This document shows positions 41,794-50,236 of a stretch of DNA of 53,903 nucleotides, piece by piece. The translations under genes and the position numbers were made by a program. The DNA comes from a virus, in IMG/VR virus record IMGVR_UViG_3300027439_000001, positions 1-53,903 of that record. One strand, given 5' to 3'. The stretch's first letter is position 1; every line of letters starts with the position of its first letter. The notes under the pieces were generated by a model. It searched no databases, was not told the DNA's origin, and saw only the letters and a program-made list of their open reading frames with translations.

Positions 41794-42756
41794 CTAGCCC
41801 CCGAAGGCCAGGGCAAGCCCTTGACCCATTTGCTGTTGTGTCTGCATCTGAGCTTGGTTCGCCTGACCGTAGACATTTCCGTAGGTGCTGTCCTGCCCGC
41901 TCATTCCGGTATTGTACGCACTCGTCACGCCCGTATTCGGACCGTACGAATTGAGGTACGCCGCCTGAATAGCAGCCTGGTTCTGAGCCCCGTACCCTAG
42001 AAGGGCCATGTTGTAGTTGTTGTAGGCGTTGGCGTTCCCGGTTAGCGCCTCGTTGTAGTACCCGGCGTTCGTCGAAGTGGCCGCATTCGCGGCGTTCGCG
42101 TTCCCGGTAATGTCTTGCTGCCCGTACCCGTACCCCTGCTGAACGATCGGTGCCGTCGCCCCGGCTAAAGCCGCGTCCTGCTGACCTTTGAGTTGGTTCA
42201 TCGAATACGCCGCAGAACCGGAATTAGAGATTCCCCGGGCAGCGAGTTGGTCTTGCATCTGCTGGTCTTGAGCCTGAAACTGCGGCTGCATCGACTGAGC
42301 CATGAGTTGTTCGTACTGCTGCATGTACGCTTGGTTTTGGGTCGGGTCAACGTAGGTAGGCGAAACCTGCGGTAGCCCGCCGAAGGCTTGAAGTGGGAGC
42401 GGAGCGGTACTAGCGATACCTCCGGGCTGCCCAGTCGGCGTTGGAGCAGCAGTTCCGATAGTTGGGCCACCCGTAGCCGTTCCACCCACCTGAGCGCCAG
42501 GATCGCCCATTACAGCCCCGGCCGGAGGCGGTTGCCCTGGCGCGGGGCCTGCCGGGTACCCGAAACCATAAGATGGGACAGGTGCAGTCGGGTCTACTGG
42601 CGGTACCTGCGTCGGGTCAGTCTGCCCAGGAGTCGGAGGTGGAGCAGTTCCCCAAGAGTAGCCCGAAGGGTCAGGCGGTATCACCGTAGGATCTCCGAAT
42701 CCTGCATTCGGATTGCTCGGATCCAACTGCCTCATGGCCCCGCCCGCAAACGACAT
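41794..42756 (-). CDS. Q/N/G/Y/A-rich low-complexity virion protein
   Basis: 320 aa; P/G-rich N-terminus then Q/N-rich stretches (QQYEQLMAQSMQPQFQAQDQQMQDQ; NANAYNNYN). Confidence 0.55.
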   Translation of the reverse strand: MSFAGGAMRQLDPSNPNAGFGDPTVIPPDPSGYSWGTAPPPTPGQTDPTQVPPVDPTAPVPSYGFGYPAGPAPGQPPPAGAVMGDPGAQVGGTATGGPTIGTAAPTPTGQPGGIASTAPLPLQAFGGLPQVSPTYVDPTQNQAYMQQYEQLMAQSMQPQFQAQDQQMQDQLAARGISNSGSAAYSMNQLKGQQDAALAGATAPIVQQGYGYGQQDITGNANAANAATSTNAGYYNEALTGNANAYNNYNMALLGYGAQNQAAIQAAYLNSYGPNTGVTSAYNTGMSGQDSTYGNVYGQANQAQMQTQQQMGQGLALAFGG

Positions 42757-43229
42757 TACAAGGGCTGCCTAGCAAACGGGTTACGAGCGTTTCCTGGCCC
42801 GAATGGAGACGCCGTTGTCTGCGGAGAGAACGGCCGTGGCGGGAAGGCCGGAATCGTTCCACCCCCACCATCGGGAGCGGGAACCTGCGTCGGCGTCCCG
42901 GAGCCTGTTCCGCGCGTCTTGGCCGGGTCGGAAGCAGGAGCCTTACCCGAAGTTCCACCCATTGTGCCGGTCATGCCTAACTCGGTGCCCGGTCCGCTCG
43001 AACCGAAGTTCACCGTGTCAGTCGGGTCAACCGTAGTCGGCGAGAGGCTCCCTGCGGCCTGAAAGTACGGGTTGGGCCCAAGCCCGCTAATCGCGCTGCG
43101 TAAATCGGTTTGCTGCTTGCCGACGTAGCCTTCGAGTGCAGTGATGTCGTCCTTATTGATCTGACCAACAGCCTGTGCACCAGCCTGTGCCTGCTTTTGC
43201 GGGGAACTGAAGAGCCCGCTTAACGACAT
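42756..43229 (-). CDS. hypothetical virion protein (start moved to M31 of the ORF)
   Basis: MSLSGLFSSPQKQ...; the ATG 43229 start reduces overlap with the upstream gene to 10 nt. Confidence 0.5.
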   Translation of the reverse strand: MSLSGLFSSPQKQAQAGAQAVGQINKDDITALEGYVGKQQTDLRSAISGLGPNPYFQAAGSLSPTTVDPTDTVNFGSSGPGTELGMTGTMGGTSGKAPASDPAKTRGTGSGTPTQVPAPDGGGGTIPAFPPRPFSPQTTASPFGPGNARNPFARQPL

Positions 43230-43621
43230 GCGGGAATGTCCTTTGCGAGAACGTGGGCTACGACGATATAACCGCGCTTTTGCAAGGCAGCGTAGTGCGT
43301 CGGATTGTCGAGCCTGCAAATGCCCCCGAGAGGCAAGGTGTCCACTCCTCGTTCAGATGCGATTCGTGCAATCGTGGATTCTATCCAGCGAGCAAGTTTG
43401 CCTAGCGCGAGGTGCCCGCTCTTGCTTTTGAGGCCCCATAACTCGTCGATCACGAAACCGTAGTCCATTTCGCGCAAGAGCGCCCAGGCTTGAACCCGAC
43501 CTTCGTTGCGTACTACCGCTCCGTGTGCTCCTGGCGCAATCACGATAGGCCCGGCTTGCCAGTCTCGCATCATTTCTACCAGGTCGTCGGCGTCCTCGGG
43601 CTTCAGAGGCTCTATCGTCAT
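43220..43621 (-). CDS. GNAT-like acetyltransferase (candidate)
   Basis: 133 aa; the strand-helix layout and DNPTHYAALQKRGY resemble the GNAT C-terminal N-x2-A-x3-Y-x2-GF box; the Q/RxxGxG/A motif is not clear. Confidence 0.4.
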   Translation of the reverse strand: MTIEPLKPEDADDLVEMMRDWQAGPIVIAPGAHGAVVRNEGRVQAWALLREMDYGFVIDELWGLKSKSGHLALGKLARWIESTIARIASERGVDTLPLGGICRLDNPTHYAALQKRGYIVVAHVLAKDIPACR

Positions 43622-43624
43622 GCA

Positions 43625-43807
43625 CTAGATGTGGCCTAACCCGAGTGCCCCTCCGAAGCGTTGATACGTTGCGTACAGCGCAATGACCGCAATGAGCAGC
43701 AGGATGAGCGTCTTTACTGGCTGTGGGAGTGTGAGGTAGTTGAGCACCGTGTAGATCGCGTAAAGCACGATGCACAGGATGATGAGGAAGAATAGAAAAC
43801 TAATCAT
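43625..43807 (-). CDS. 60-aa two-TM membrane protein (holin-class candidate)
   Basis: MISFLFFLIILCIVLYAIYTVL...LILLLIAVIALYATY. Confidence 0.5.
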   Translation of the reverse strand: MISFLFFLIILCIVLYAIYTVLNYLTLPQPVKTLILLLIAVIALYATYQRFGGALGLGHI

Positions 43808-43817
43808 GATGTCTCCT

Positions 43818-44210
43818 TTACCTGATGAAGTGTCCGACTACTGCGCCCAAAAATCCCCCTACTGCGATCGCAACCGTGCAAAGGGCGTAAACCTCACCTC
43901 GGGTGATGAAGCGGGATTGCTGATCTTTCATGGCCTCTTTGATTTCGTTGCCAGCCGTGAAGCGATCGTTCGAGTTCTGCTCTGCCTTGTTGGTAGCCTT
44001 ATCGGCTGCTTGAAGGGCGTTTGAGACCTCTTTTTGCGAGTCCATGAAGCGTTGGTTGAGATACTGCATGTCGGCTGTTCGCAGCCGATCGTCGGCAGCT
44101 CGCAGTTCGCGAATATGGTCAACGAAGGCCCCAAGGGACCAAGCGTTCCCGTTACCGTCCCGTGGCTGTACCGGCATAGTGTGGTCAGTTTCCCTTAAAG
44201 TATCTATCAT
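43818..44210 (-). CDS. tail-anchored membrane protein with coiled coil
   Basis: 130 aa; C-terminal TM VYALCTVAIAVGGFLGAVVG. Confidence 0.5.
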   Translation of the reverse strand: MIDTLRETDHTMPVQPRDGNGNAWSLGAFVDHIRELRAADDRLRTADMQYLNQRFMDSQKEVSNALQAADKATNKAEQNSNDRFTAGNEIKEAMKDQQSRFITRGEVYALCTVAIAVGGFLGAVVGHFIR

Positions 44211-44234
44211 CGCACCGTAAAGCGCCGATAGTTG

Positions 44235-44573
44235 TTACGCTGCCGGAGGGGTGAGAGCGGCCGTGGCTGCTACGACTGGAGGCGCAGCAACGGGAGAGAT
44301 CGCGGTGAGCGCCGCTGCGAGGCCCGCAGTCGCTGTCGCCACCGTGGCGTCTTGGGCAGAGAAGTCGGTCGCAGGCGGAGCGACGGCTTTGAGTGCCGCT
44401 ATCTGTGCGTTGGCGGCGGTAACATACGCCGTCTGTGCCGTAACGAGTGCTGCGAGGTCTGAATCGAAGGTTGCTTGGAAAACTGCCATGGTGAGTATTG
44501 CCTTTCTAAGTGAGAAGTAAAATAATCCGGTTACTACGGCGAGGAGGATGATCGAAGCCGAAAGCCACTCCAT
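44235..44573 (-). CDS. N-terminally anchored A/T-rich membrane protein (spanin-like candidate)
   Basis: 112 aa; N-terminal TM WLSASIILLAVVTGLFYF then an alanine-rich helical region. Confidence 0.4.
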   Translation of the reverse strand: MEWLSASIILLAVVTGLFYFSLRKAILTMAVFQATFDSDLAALVTAQTAYVTAANAQIAALKAVAPPATDFSAQDATVATATAGLAAALTAISPVAAPPVVAATAALTPPAA

Positions 44574-44866
44574 TAGCCACCGAGGGCTTTGACTTCCGCC
44601 GCGATTGCGCGATCGAGAAACTCGTACACGATTTCCGGCCCCTGCGTAGCCACGAGGTTCTTGACGTAGGCTTCGAGTTGCGGTCGGAGGCTCTTGAAGA
44701 GCATGCCGAGGATGCCGCCCGGCGCGGGCGCGCCCTCGATTGCCGCGATGATGACGTTCTCGACGCCGCCTTCGGACTGCTGAATAAGCGCAAGAACTGC
44801 GGGCTTGTTGGCTTCGTACTCTTGCTTTACGAAGTCTGCGATGGTACCAGGAATGCTTACTGCCAT
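44573..44866 (-). CDS. hypothetical protein
   Basis: 97 aa ORF in the lysis neighbourhood. Confidence 0.5.
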   Translation of the reverse strand: MAVSIPGTIADFVKQEYEANKPAVLALIQQSEGGVENVIIAAIEGAPAPGGILGMLFKSLRPQLEAYVKNLVATQGPEIVYEFLDRAIAAEVKALGG

Positions 44867-44867
44867 G

Positions 44868-45086
44868 TTATGGTCCTTGCTGTGCCGGGGGCACGGTGGG
44901 TGACGTGAGTGAGTTCGGGGGCGCGAGTACGGTTGCGATCACGCCGCCGACGATCGGTAAGCCGCCTTCGATTGCGACAGGCAACGGATGACCTGCGACG
45001 ATGAAAACCCAACTGATAAGCTGACCGACGCCGGTTCCGCCGAGCGCGCCGATCGCCTTAGAGAACCGAGCGCAGAAAACTTTCAT
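44868..45086 (-). CDS. holin candidate (two TM helices)
   Basis: 72 aa; immediately downstream of the endolysin gene; GALGGTGVGQLISWVFIVAG and LPIVGGVIATVLA. Confidence 0.45.
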   Translation of the reverse strand: MKVFCARFSKAIGALGGTGVGQLISWVFIVAGHPLPVAIEGGLPIVGGVIATVLAPPNSLTSPTVPPAQQGP

Positions 45087-45087
45087 G

Positions 45088-45507
45088 TCAATAGCCCACG
45101 ACTTGAACGTGAATGTGGTCGGAGTTGTTGTCCTCGAACAGTTTGGACTCAGGACTATACCCGCCCAGGGCCGCCGCGTACTGCTGATACGAGCCGCCAG
45201 CGCCGATACCGCGCGCGTTCGGGCATTTCTGCACGTCGGCGAGAAGGTGCTCGGGCGCGCCCAGGTTGTCCACGAAGTCGATTGCGTTTCCGCCTGGATT
45301 GTGCCCGTCTGGGCCGTCGATGGTCGGATGATCTGAGTGAACCGAGGTAACTAGGACGCTCTGTGGCTGCGGACGATAGACGCGCAACTGCACCAAGAAC
45401 TCGATGAGGTCGGTCGTGGTGAGGTTTGGGTCCATGAGGTCCGCGCGCTGCGAATCTGCGCTGAACGCCAACCAATCGCAAATGGAGGCCCGCGTCTCTA
45501 TGCTCAT
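45088..45507 (-). CDS. endolysin, zinc peptidase of LAS/M15 (VanY-like) type
   Basis: SVHSDHP...GNAIDF (H-x6-D type) and NSDHIHVQV (HxH). Confidence 0.6.
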   Translation of the reverse strand: MSIETRASICDWLAFSADSQRADLMDPNLTTTDLIEFLVQLRVYRPQPQSVLVTSVHSDHPTIDGPDGHNPGGNAIDFVDNLGAPEHLLADVQKCPNARGIGAGGSYQQYAAALGGYSPESKLFEDNNSDHIHVQVVGY

Positions 45508-45544
45508 GGTCCTCCACTACTACGGCTGTACATGATTTTCCGCT

Positions 45545-45877
45545 TTAACCCACGAGCAGACTGACAACGGTTGCCGATACAGAGGAACGCAGCGTGATGG
45601 AGTTCGGGTTTGCCAGGGCCTTGTCTGCGGCAGTACGGTAGAGAATTGCGTTGGTGTTGTTATCGACAACGATCCAAGCACTCGGGACCCGAGGGAGTTG
45701 AATCGGAATAGAAATCCCGGCAACCGGGATACTGACCCCGACTCGGACCCAGAAACTCCCAAGCGGGGTTTTATCCACCAGGGGAAGCGTAAGGGGGATG
45801 CCTGTGCCCTGCGTGGCCTGAAGAGCCTGGGTAGCCACGTTGAGCGCATGAGCGGCGATCTCATTTGGATTCGGCAC
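45545..45877 (-). CDS. hypothetical protein
   Basis: 110 aa ORF downstream of the fibre genes. Confidence 0.5.
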   Translation of the reverse strand: MPNPNEIAAHALNVATQALQATQGTGIPLTLPLVDKTPLGSFWVRVGVSIPVAGISIPIQLPRVPSAWIVVDNNTNAILYRTAADKALANPNSITLRSSVSATVVSLLVG

Positions 45878-46043
45878 TTGGTTCTACAGGCGGTTCTAGG
45901 AGTTGGCGCAGGGCGATTATAGCTCCGTGCCGTTGGTGAATGCCGATCTGGGTCTGCTGGAGGGCGTTCTGGTTCTGTGCCTGCTGCTTCTCCAGGGCTT
46001 CTAACTCGGCGATGAGGGTGTCGATTTTGGCCTGAATGTCCAC
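45861..46043 (-). CDS. 60-aa coiled-coil protein
   Basis: ORF track; IDTLIAELEALEKQQAQNQNALQQ. Confidence 0.5.
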   Translation of the reverse strand: MDIQAKIDTLIAELEALEKQQAQNQNALQQTQIGIHQRHGAIIALRQLLEPPVEPSAESK

Positions 46044-46324
46044 TAACGGTTGAACCTCACGAGAATGCGGATGTTGCGCGCTACAAAACTTGCGTCGACA
46101 ATGGCTATAGCCTTATAGGCACCGTTCCGATCTTTCCTTGGGAAAAGCCGAACGGCTTCAACAAGACCAACCGCCCCGACCGTACAGCGAACCGGGTCAA
46201 CGCGCGGCCCGTCAAGAGCCCGAATGACCGGGTTTATCTCGTATCCTCCCTGCCTGGTTGTTATCATCCGGGTAGTTACACAGTCTGCAAAGAGCGTTGC
46301 AAGGGCGATAGATGAAGCGTCCAT
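46043..46324 (-). CDS. 93-aa hypothetical protein (fibre-associated; possible assembly factor)
   Basis: Start at M52 of the ORF (TAATG junction with the fibre gene stop). Confidence 0.5.
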   Translation of the reverse strand: MDASSIALATLFADCVTTRMITTRQGGYEINPVIRALDGPRVDPVRCTVGAVGLVEAVRLFPRKDRNGAYKAIAIVDASFVARNIRILVRFNR

Positions 46325-47217
46325 TAGGTTCCGATAGCTACCCAGTAGACTGTTGCTGTTATAGTTGGTGCGGTGCCATTGGCACAATCTGCCGTTGTTA
46401 GCGTGAAGGCAGAACCGCTGCCATATGACGGAGCAATGATGACTTCGTGAGTTGCATTGACAGTCGTGAATGAGCAATATACTTGGTAACTCGTAGAACT
46501 TGCGAATACCGCTGCGCCTGAGAGTGTTACGGCAACATTGTTTACTCCTGAAAACACCGCAGATCCAAAGACGGCATGGCCCGTTGAGGCGACCGCGGCT
46601 CCTGCGGCTGTATAAAAGGGCAGCAGATAGGTGTTGGTTGCGCCGTCTGAAGCGCCTTTTACCGTGCCAGTCCCGGCAGTCAATCCAGAGAACGTGCCAA
46701 GCCCTGTTGCCCCGATACTAGCAACGCCTACCCCATTGACCGCAAAAGAGTAACTCTGTCCAGTTGGAACATTGAAGAGCATCGAGTTACCGGTGTTACC
46801 AGAAACAAAAGTTGCGGAACTTCCGCCGCCACTCGTGCCAGTAATAAGGATAGGTCCAAGGATGGTCGCCGAACCGGAAAAGGTCGCTCCCCCAGTAGCC
46901 GCAATGGCAAACGCCTTTGTGCCGCCGCTCGTAAGCGTAACATCGAACAGGTCTGCCGTCTGTGCTGCAACGCCACTAACGGTAAGTGGTACCTGCCCAG
47001 TTGAGGCTGGATAGAACTTGTAGCCGAACGCCCCACCAAAAGTGGCGGTTGCCGTTGACACCGGAATGAGGTTTGTCGCGTATAGCCCAGCCGCGCCGAT
47101 ATTCGTATTGTCTATGTTGTTGACGGCGGTAGCGACGGCCGAGAAGTTGGCATCGACAAGCGCCGACTGAATAGTCGTCAGTGGCGAAAAGTTGTTTGGT
47201 ATCGACAGAAGGCTCAT
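46324..47217 (-). CDS. tail fibre protein (short)
   Basis: 297 aa, G/A/S/T-rich; shares the NVPTG...FAVNxVxVAxIxxxGLGTFxG module and a Cys-containing distal domain with 50237..52516. Confidence 0.6.
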   Translation of the reverse strand: MSLLSIPNNFSPLTTIQSALVDANFSAVATAVNNIDNTNIGAAGLYATNLIPVSTATATFGGAFGYKFYPASTGQVPLTVSGVAAQTADLFDVTLTSGGTKAFAIAATGGATFSGSATILGPILITGTSGGGSSATFVSGNTGNSMLFNVPTGQSYSFAVNGVGVASIGATGLGTFSGLTAGTGTVKGASDGATNTYLLPFYTAAGAAVASTGHAVFGSAVFSGVNNVAVTLSGAAVFASSTSYQVYCSFTTVNATHEVIIAPSYGSGSAFTLTTADCANGTAPTITATVYWVAIGT

Positions 47218-48857
47218 GTGCGCCCACGCTGGCTAAAAACACCCGATCCGCCAGCCCATATCCAGGGAGCAAGGGCGGTCGTCATGTTGAAACCAAAGGC
47301 GAAGCTCTCTGCTTGGAGCCCTGGTAAATCAATTCTTGAGTACGGCGCTCCGAATGGAACGAAAGCAGAGAGTCCTCCCCATACGCCGACGTCCCAAAGC
47401 GAAACATCCCACTCCCCGATATTCGAGATAGACAGCGGGTTCGCCAAGACCGTGTTGGTTGTCGTCAGCCCGTAGTCGGTTGAGATAATGAAGCTCCCCT
47501 GAAAATTGCCTGCGATCTGGAACTCGGGATAGAATCGCTGCATGGCTTTGTTCGAGCCAGGGACACCGATCTTGAAATATTTGGACTGTACCTGGGCAAG
47601 CACTGGAGTCGTTCCATCCAGCACCGTATTGGTTGTCGTCGAGGTTATGGCGTCCCAAGTATACACCTGCCCTGTCGTGGCAGACCCAACCAAACAGACA
47701 TAAGGGTTCGGGTCACTCGGAGCGTCGAGGAGAATCATCGACGCGATGCCTGGGGTCGGGGCAAGTACCGTCCAGCCGTTCACAAAAAGGTCGTAGCAGA
47801 GAATTGTATTTTGCGTGGTGGAGTTGCTACAGTACCCAAGGTGGATTCTATTATTGTAGACCTGAGCCCAAGAGAGATTCCAGTTCTGCGTCATGGGGTA
47901 GCCTGGAGTCAGGGGGTCGTTCAGGATCCACGGCTCGATCTTGGTAGAGATTTGCCTCGGTACACTCTGCCCATCGAAGGCATAGAACCCCATGTGCCCA
48001 AGGAAATAGACGACTCCGTTGGTCGAGATCATCGTGCGGCCCGAAGTCACACCGTCCTGGAAGGGCACGTCTTGCAAGAAGAACGTGGAGGGTCCGGTTC
48101 CGTAAAGGACTGAGAGTCCAGAGTTGCGCCCGATTACAAGGGTCGCCGTTGCTCCCGAGCCTTGAGCGACGAGTCCCGTAACTGGGAAGGAAAGCACGAA
48201 GTTACGGTAGCCCGGGAGCGTCTCCATTGAGGCGATGATACCGTCGCCCGTTCCGAAGACTTGATTCGGGGTTGCTTTGATACCCCCGAACCAAACGATA
48301 CCGTTGACGGCTGCAACCCAAGACGCTCCGGACGCCGCACTCCAGCCAGCCGGCGTGTAGAGGTTCGTGCCGTCGTAGATGTACGGCCCGTTGACCCCCG
48401 TGCAGATCACCATGCAGTCGGTTAGGCCAGAGGTATAATTCGGGTCGTTGGGATTCTGGATTCGCACCCAAGTCATCGGCATAGCCGTTGCGCCACCGAT
48501 TGACCCGATACTCGTCCATGCTCCAGAGGACGGAACGCTATAGAGCGTCCCGTCGAACTGCGCGAGCAGCGCAACCGTCTCTGCTCCTTGAGTTCCGTTA
48601 ACGACATCTTGATAGAATCTAGCAAGAATTGTTGGGTGCGCTCCAGCCTGAGAGTTGCCGTAAGTCGCCATTCCGTTTCTGAGTTGCGCCGCGCCATCAG
48701 GACGTAGGTAGACATCCTTTCCGATGGTTAGGGAGTTATCGCTAACTAACTGTGGTGCAGAGCGGACATCCAAGCCGTTTTGGAAGCCATAAAAGGCAAA
48801 CTCATCGGATTGCAGTTGCCCAGTCTGGAGCTTCCCGAGCCGCTGGAGTGTCGGCAC
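47214..48857 (-). CDS. tail/virion structural protein
   Basis: 547 aa, beta-rich with W/G/Y-rich repeats; between two fibre genes; no motif verified. Confidence 0.5.
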   Translation of the reverse strand: MPTLQRLGKLQTGQLQSDEFAFYGFQNGLDVRSAPQLVSDNSLTIGKDVYLRPDGAAQLRNGMATYGNSQAGAHPTILARFYQDVVNGTQGAETVALLAQFDGTLYSVPSSGAWTSIGSIGGATAMPMTWVRIQNPNDPNYTSGLTDCMVICTGVNGPYIYDGTNLYTPAGWSAASGASWVAAVNGIVWFGGIKATPNQVFGTGDGIIASMETLPGYRNFVLSFPVTGLVAQGSGATATLVIGRNSGLSVLYGTGPSTFFLQDVPFQDGVTSGRTMISTNGVVYFLGHMGFYAFDGQSVPRQISTKIEPWILNDPLTPGYPMTQNWNLSWAQVYNNRIHLGYCSNSTTQNTILCYDLFVNGWTVLAPTPGIASMILLDAPSDPNPYVCLVGSATTGQVYTWDAITSTTTNTVLDGTTPVLAQVQSKYFKIGVPGSNKAMQRFYPEFQIAGNFQGSFIISTDYGLTTTNTVLANPLSISNIGEWDVSLWDVGVWGGLSAFVPFGAPYSRIDLPGLQAESFAFGFNMTTALAPWIWAGGSGVFSQRGRT

Positions 48858-50236
48858 TAACGCATCCAGAACGGGCTAGAAGCGAATGAGCGATTCCGTA
48901 CATCTCTAACTTGCCCAGATCGAGGCACTGTGCGCCGCTGTACGCTCTCTTGCATACTCGTGATAAGGGCTTCGTACTCGGTTCTCCAAGGAGCGTTCTC
49001 AGCCGCCCGCCCCCTGTTCGAGAGTACCCGCATAACCGCAAACAGAACAACTGCCTCCTGGGCTGAGGTGTCCAGGTTCGTCCAGGAGTTTGCTGTGGTA
49101 TCGGCCCAGAGCATCGGGCGGGCGCGGTAGTAGATATTGACTTGCCCGATCATCGCCGCCGGATAGAGTTGCATCCAGAGCGCCCCACCCGTCCCTGCGC
49201 CTGTCGCCGTATTATTACTCGGGGCTTGGGCCGTTCCGGTCAGGAGCGGGTTAGGAAGCGTGAACGGAGTCCCAAGAGCTACCGGAGCGGAGTTCTGCAA
49301 GTAGTACGGTCCGCCGATTGCGCCAGCATACGCATTGTAGCCGGTTGCATTAGAAACTCCAGGCGGAGACTGTGCTTGCCCCTGGTCGCCCGCATCGAAG
49401 GTAACGTCTGCAACCGTCGAGAGTGGAGTCTCGCCATAGGCATTGACGTAGGTAACCCCAGCCTCAATCGTCGCACCGCTCCCCGCACCTTCGACAAAAG
49501 CGAGTTGCACCTGGGGCGGAACCGGGAGAACCGTTGTCGGAGCCGTGCCGGTATCTTGGTAGACGAAGTACGCTTGCGGAGGCCCGAACCCAACCGCCGG
49601 AAACCCAGCCGCAGCGTCCATGAACATCTTTTGCTCGAGTTGCTCCATCGGGTAAACGAGCGCCCCTTGTGCAAAGGGAGACGCGCTTCCGGTACTCGCA
49701 GCGTTGGCGTTTCCCATCGAGAAATTAGCCGAGATGATGTCTTGTACGTCGTCGTTCAGTTGCACCGTCGATTGCATAGAGACGGTCGGGTACGGAGCCC
49801 ATAGTCGTATTCCGCCGATGCGCCGTACCACTTCCTCAACGCCTTTGTTTAAGAAGGTAAGAATCGTTGCGGGAGTCGGGAGGGTGGGTTCGTTCGCGTA
49901 GTTCTGGACTTCGGTGATCGCAGCGAGTCCCGATAGTCCCTGGGGCGTACTTCCAGCAGTAGAGGTTACCGATGGTGCAGCCCCGGAGGCTTGCCACATA
50001 ACCGAAACAGTCGAAGCCGCCGCCCCACCTGAAACGATAACATTAAAACCCAGATTCGTCGGCGTTCCGACGAGGGCTATGGAGAGCTGGTAGCCGTCCC
50101 AGGTACTCGGGTTAAGGATCGTCAGAGAGACGTTTGGGGTACTGCCGGAGGCGAAGGGGACAGGAAACGTGCCAGCCGCCGTTGCGGCCGAGTCGGCTGG
50201 GACATTGGCGATGGTTCCCGATTGGACTTGGCTCAT
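48857..50236 (-). CDS. tail/virion structural protein
   Basis: 459 aa ORF abutting both neighbours. Confidence 0.5.
   Translation of the reverse strand: MSQVQSGTIANVPADSAATAAGTFPVPFASGSTPNVSLTILNPSTWDGYQLSIALVGTPTNLGFNVIVSGGAAASTVSVMWQASGAAPSVTSTAGSTPQGLSGLAAITEVQNYANEPTLPTPATILTFLNKGVEEVVRRIGGIRLWAPYPTVSMQSTVQLNDDVQDIISANFSMGNANAASTGSASPFAQGALVYPMEQLEQKMFMDAAAGFPAVGFGPPQAYFVYQDTGTAPTTVLPVPPQVQLAFVEGAGSGATIEAGVTYVNAYGETPLSTVADVTFDAGDQGQAQSPPGVSNATGYNAYAGAIGGPYYLQNSAPVALGTPFTLPNPLLTGTAQAPSNNTATGAGTGGALWMQLYPAAMIGQVNIYYRARPMLWADTTANSWTNLDTSAQEAVVLFAVMRVLSNRGRAAENAPWRTEYEALITSMQESVQRRTVPRSGQVRDVRNRSFASSPFWMR

Noticed and set aside
46325-46477. Full-length 144-aa version of ORF 46043..46477 overlapping the fibre gene by 154 nt
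   Set aside because: The N-terminal 51 codons are C/H/R/N-rich out-of-frame reading of the fibre gene. The internal ATG 46324 forms the typical TAATG junction with the fibre stop.
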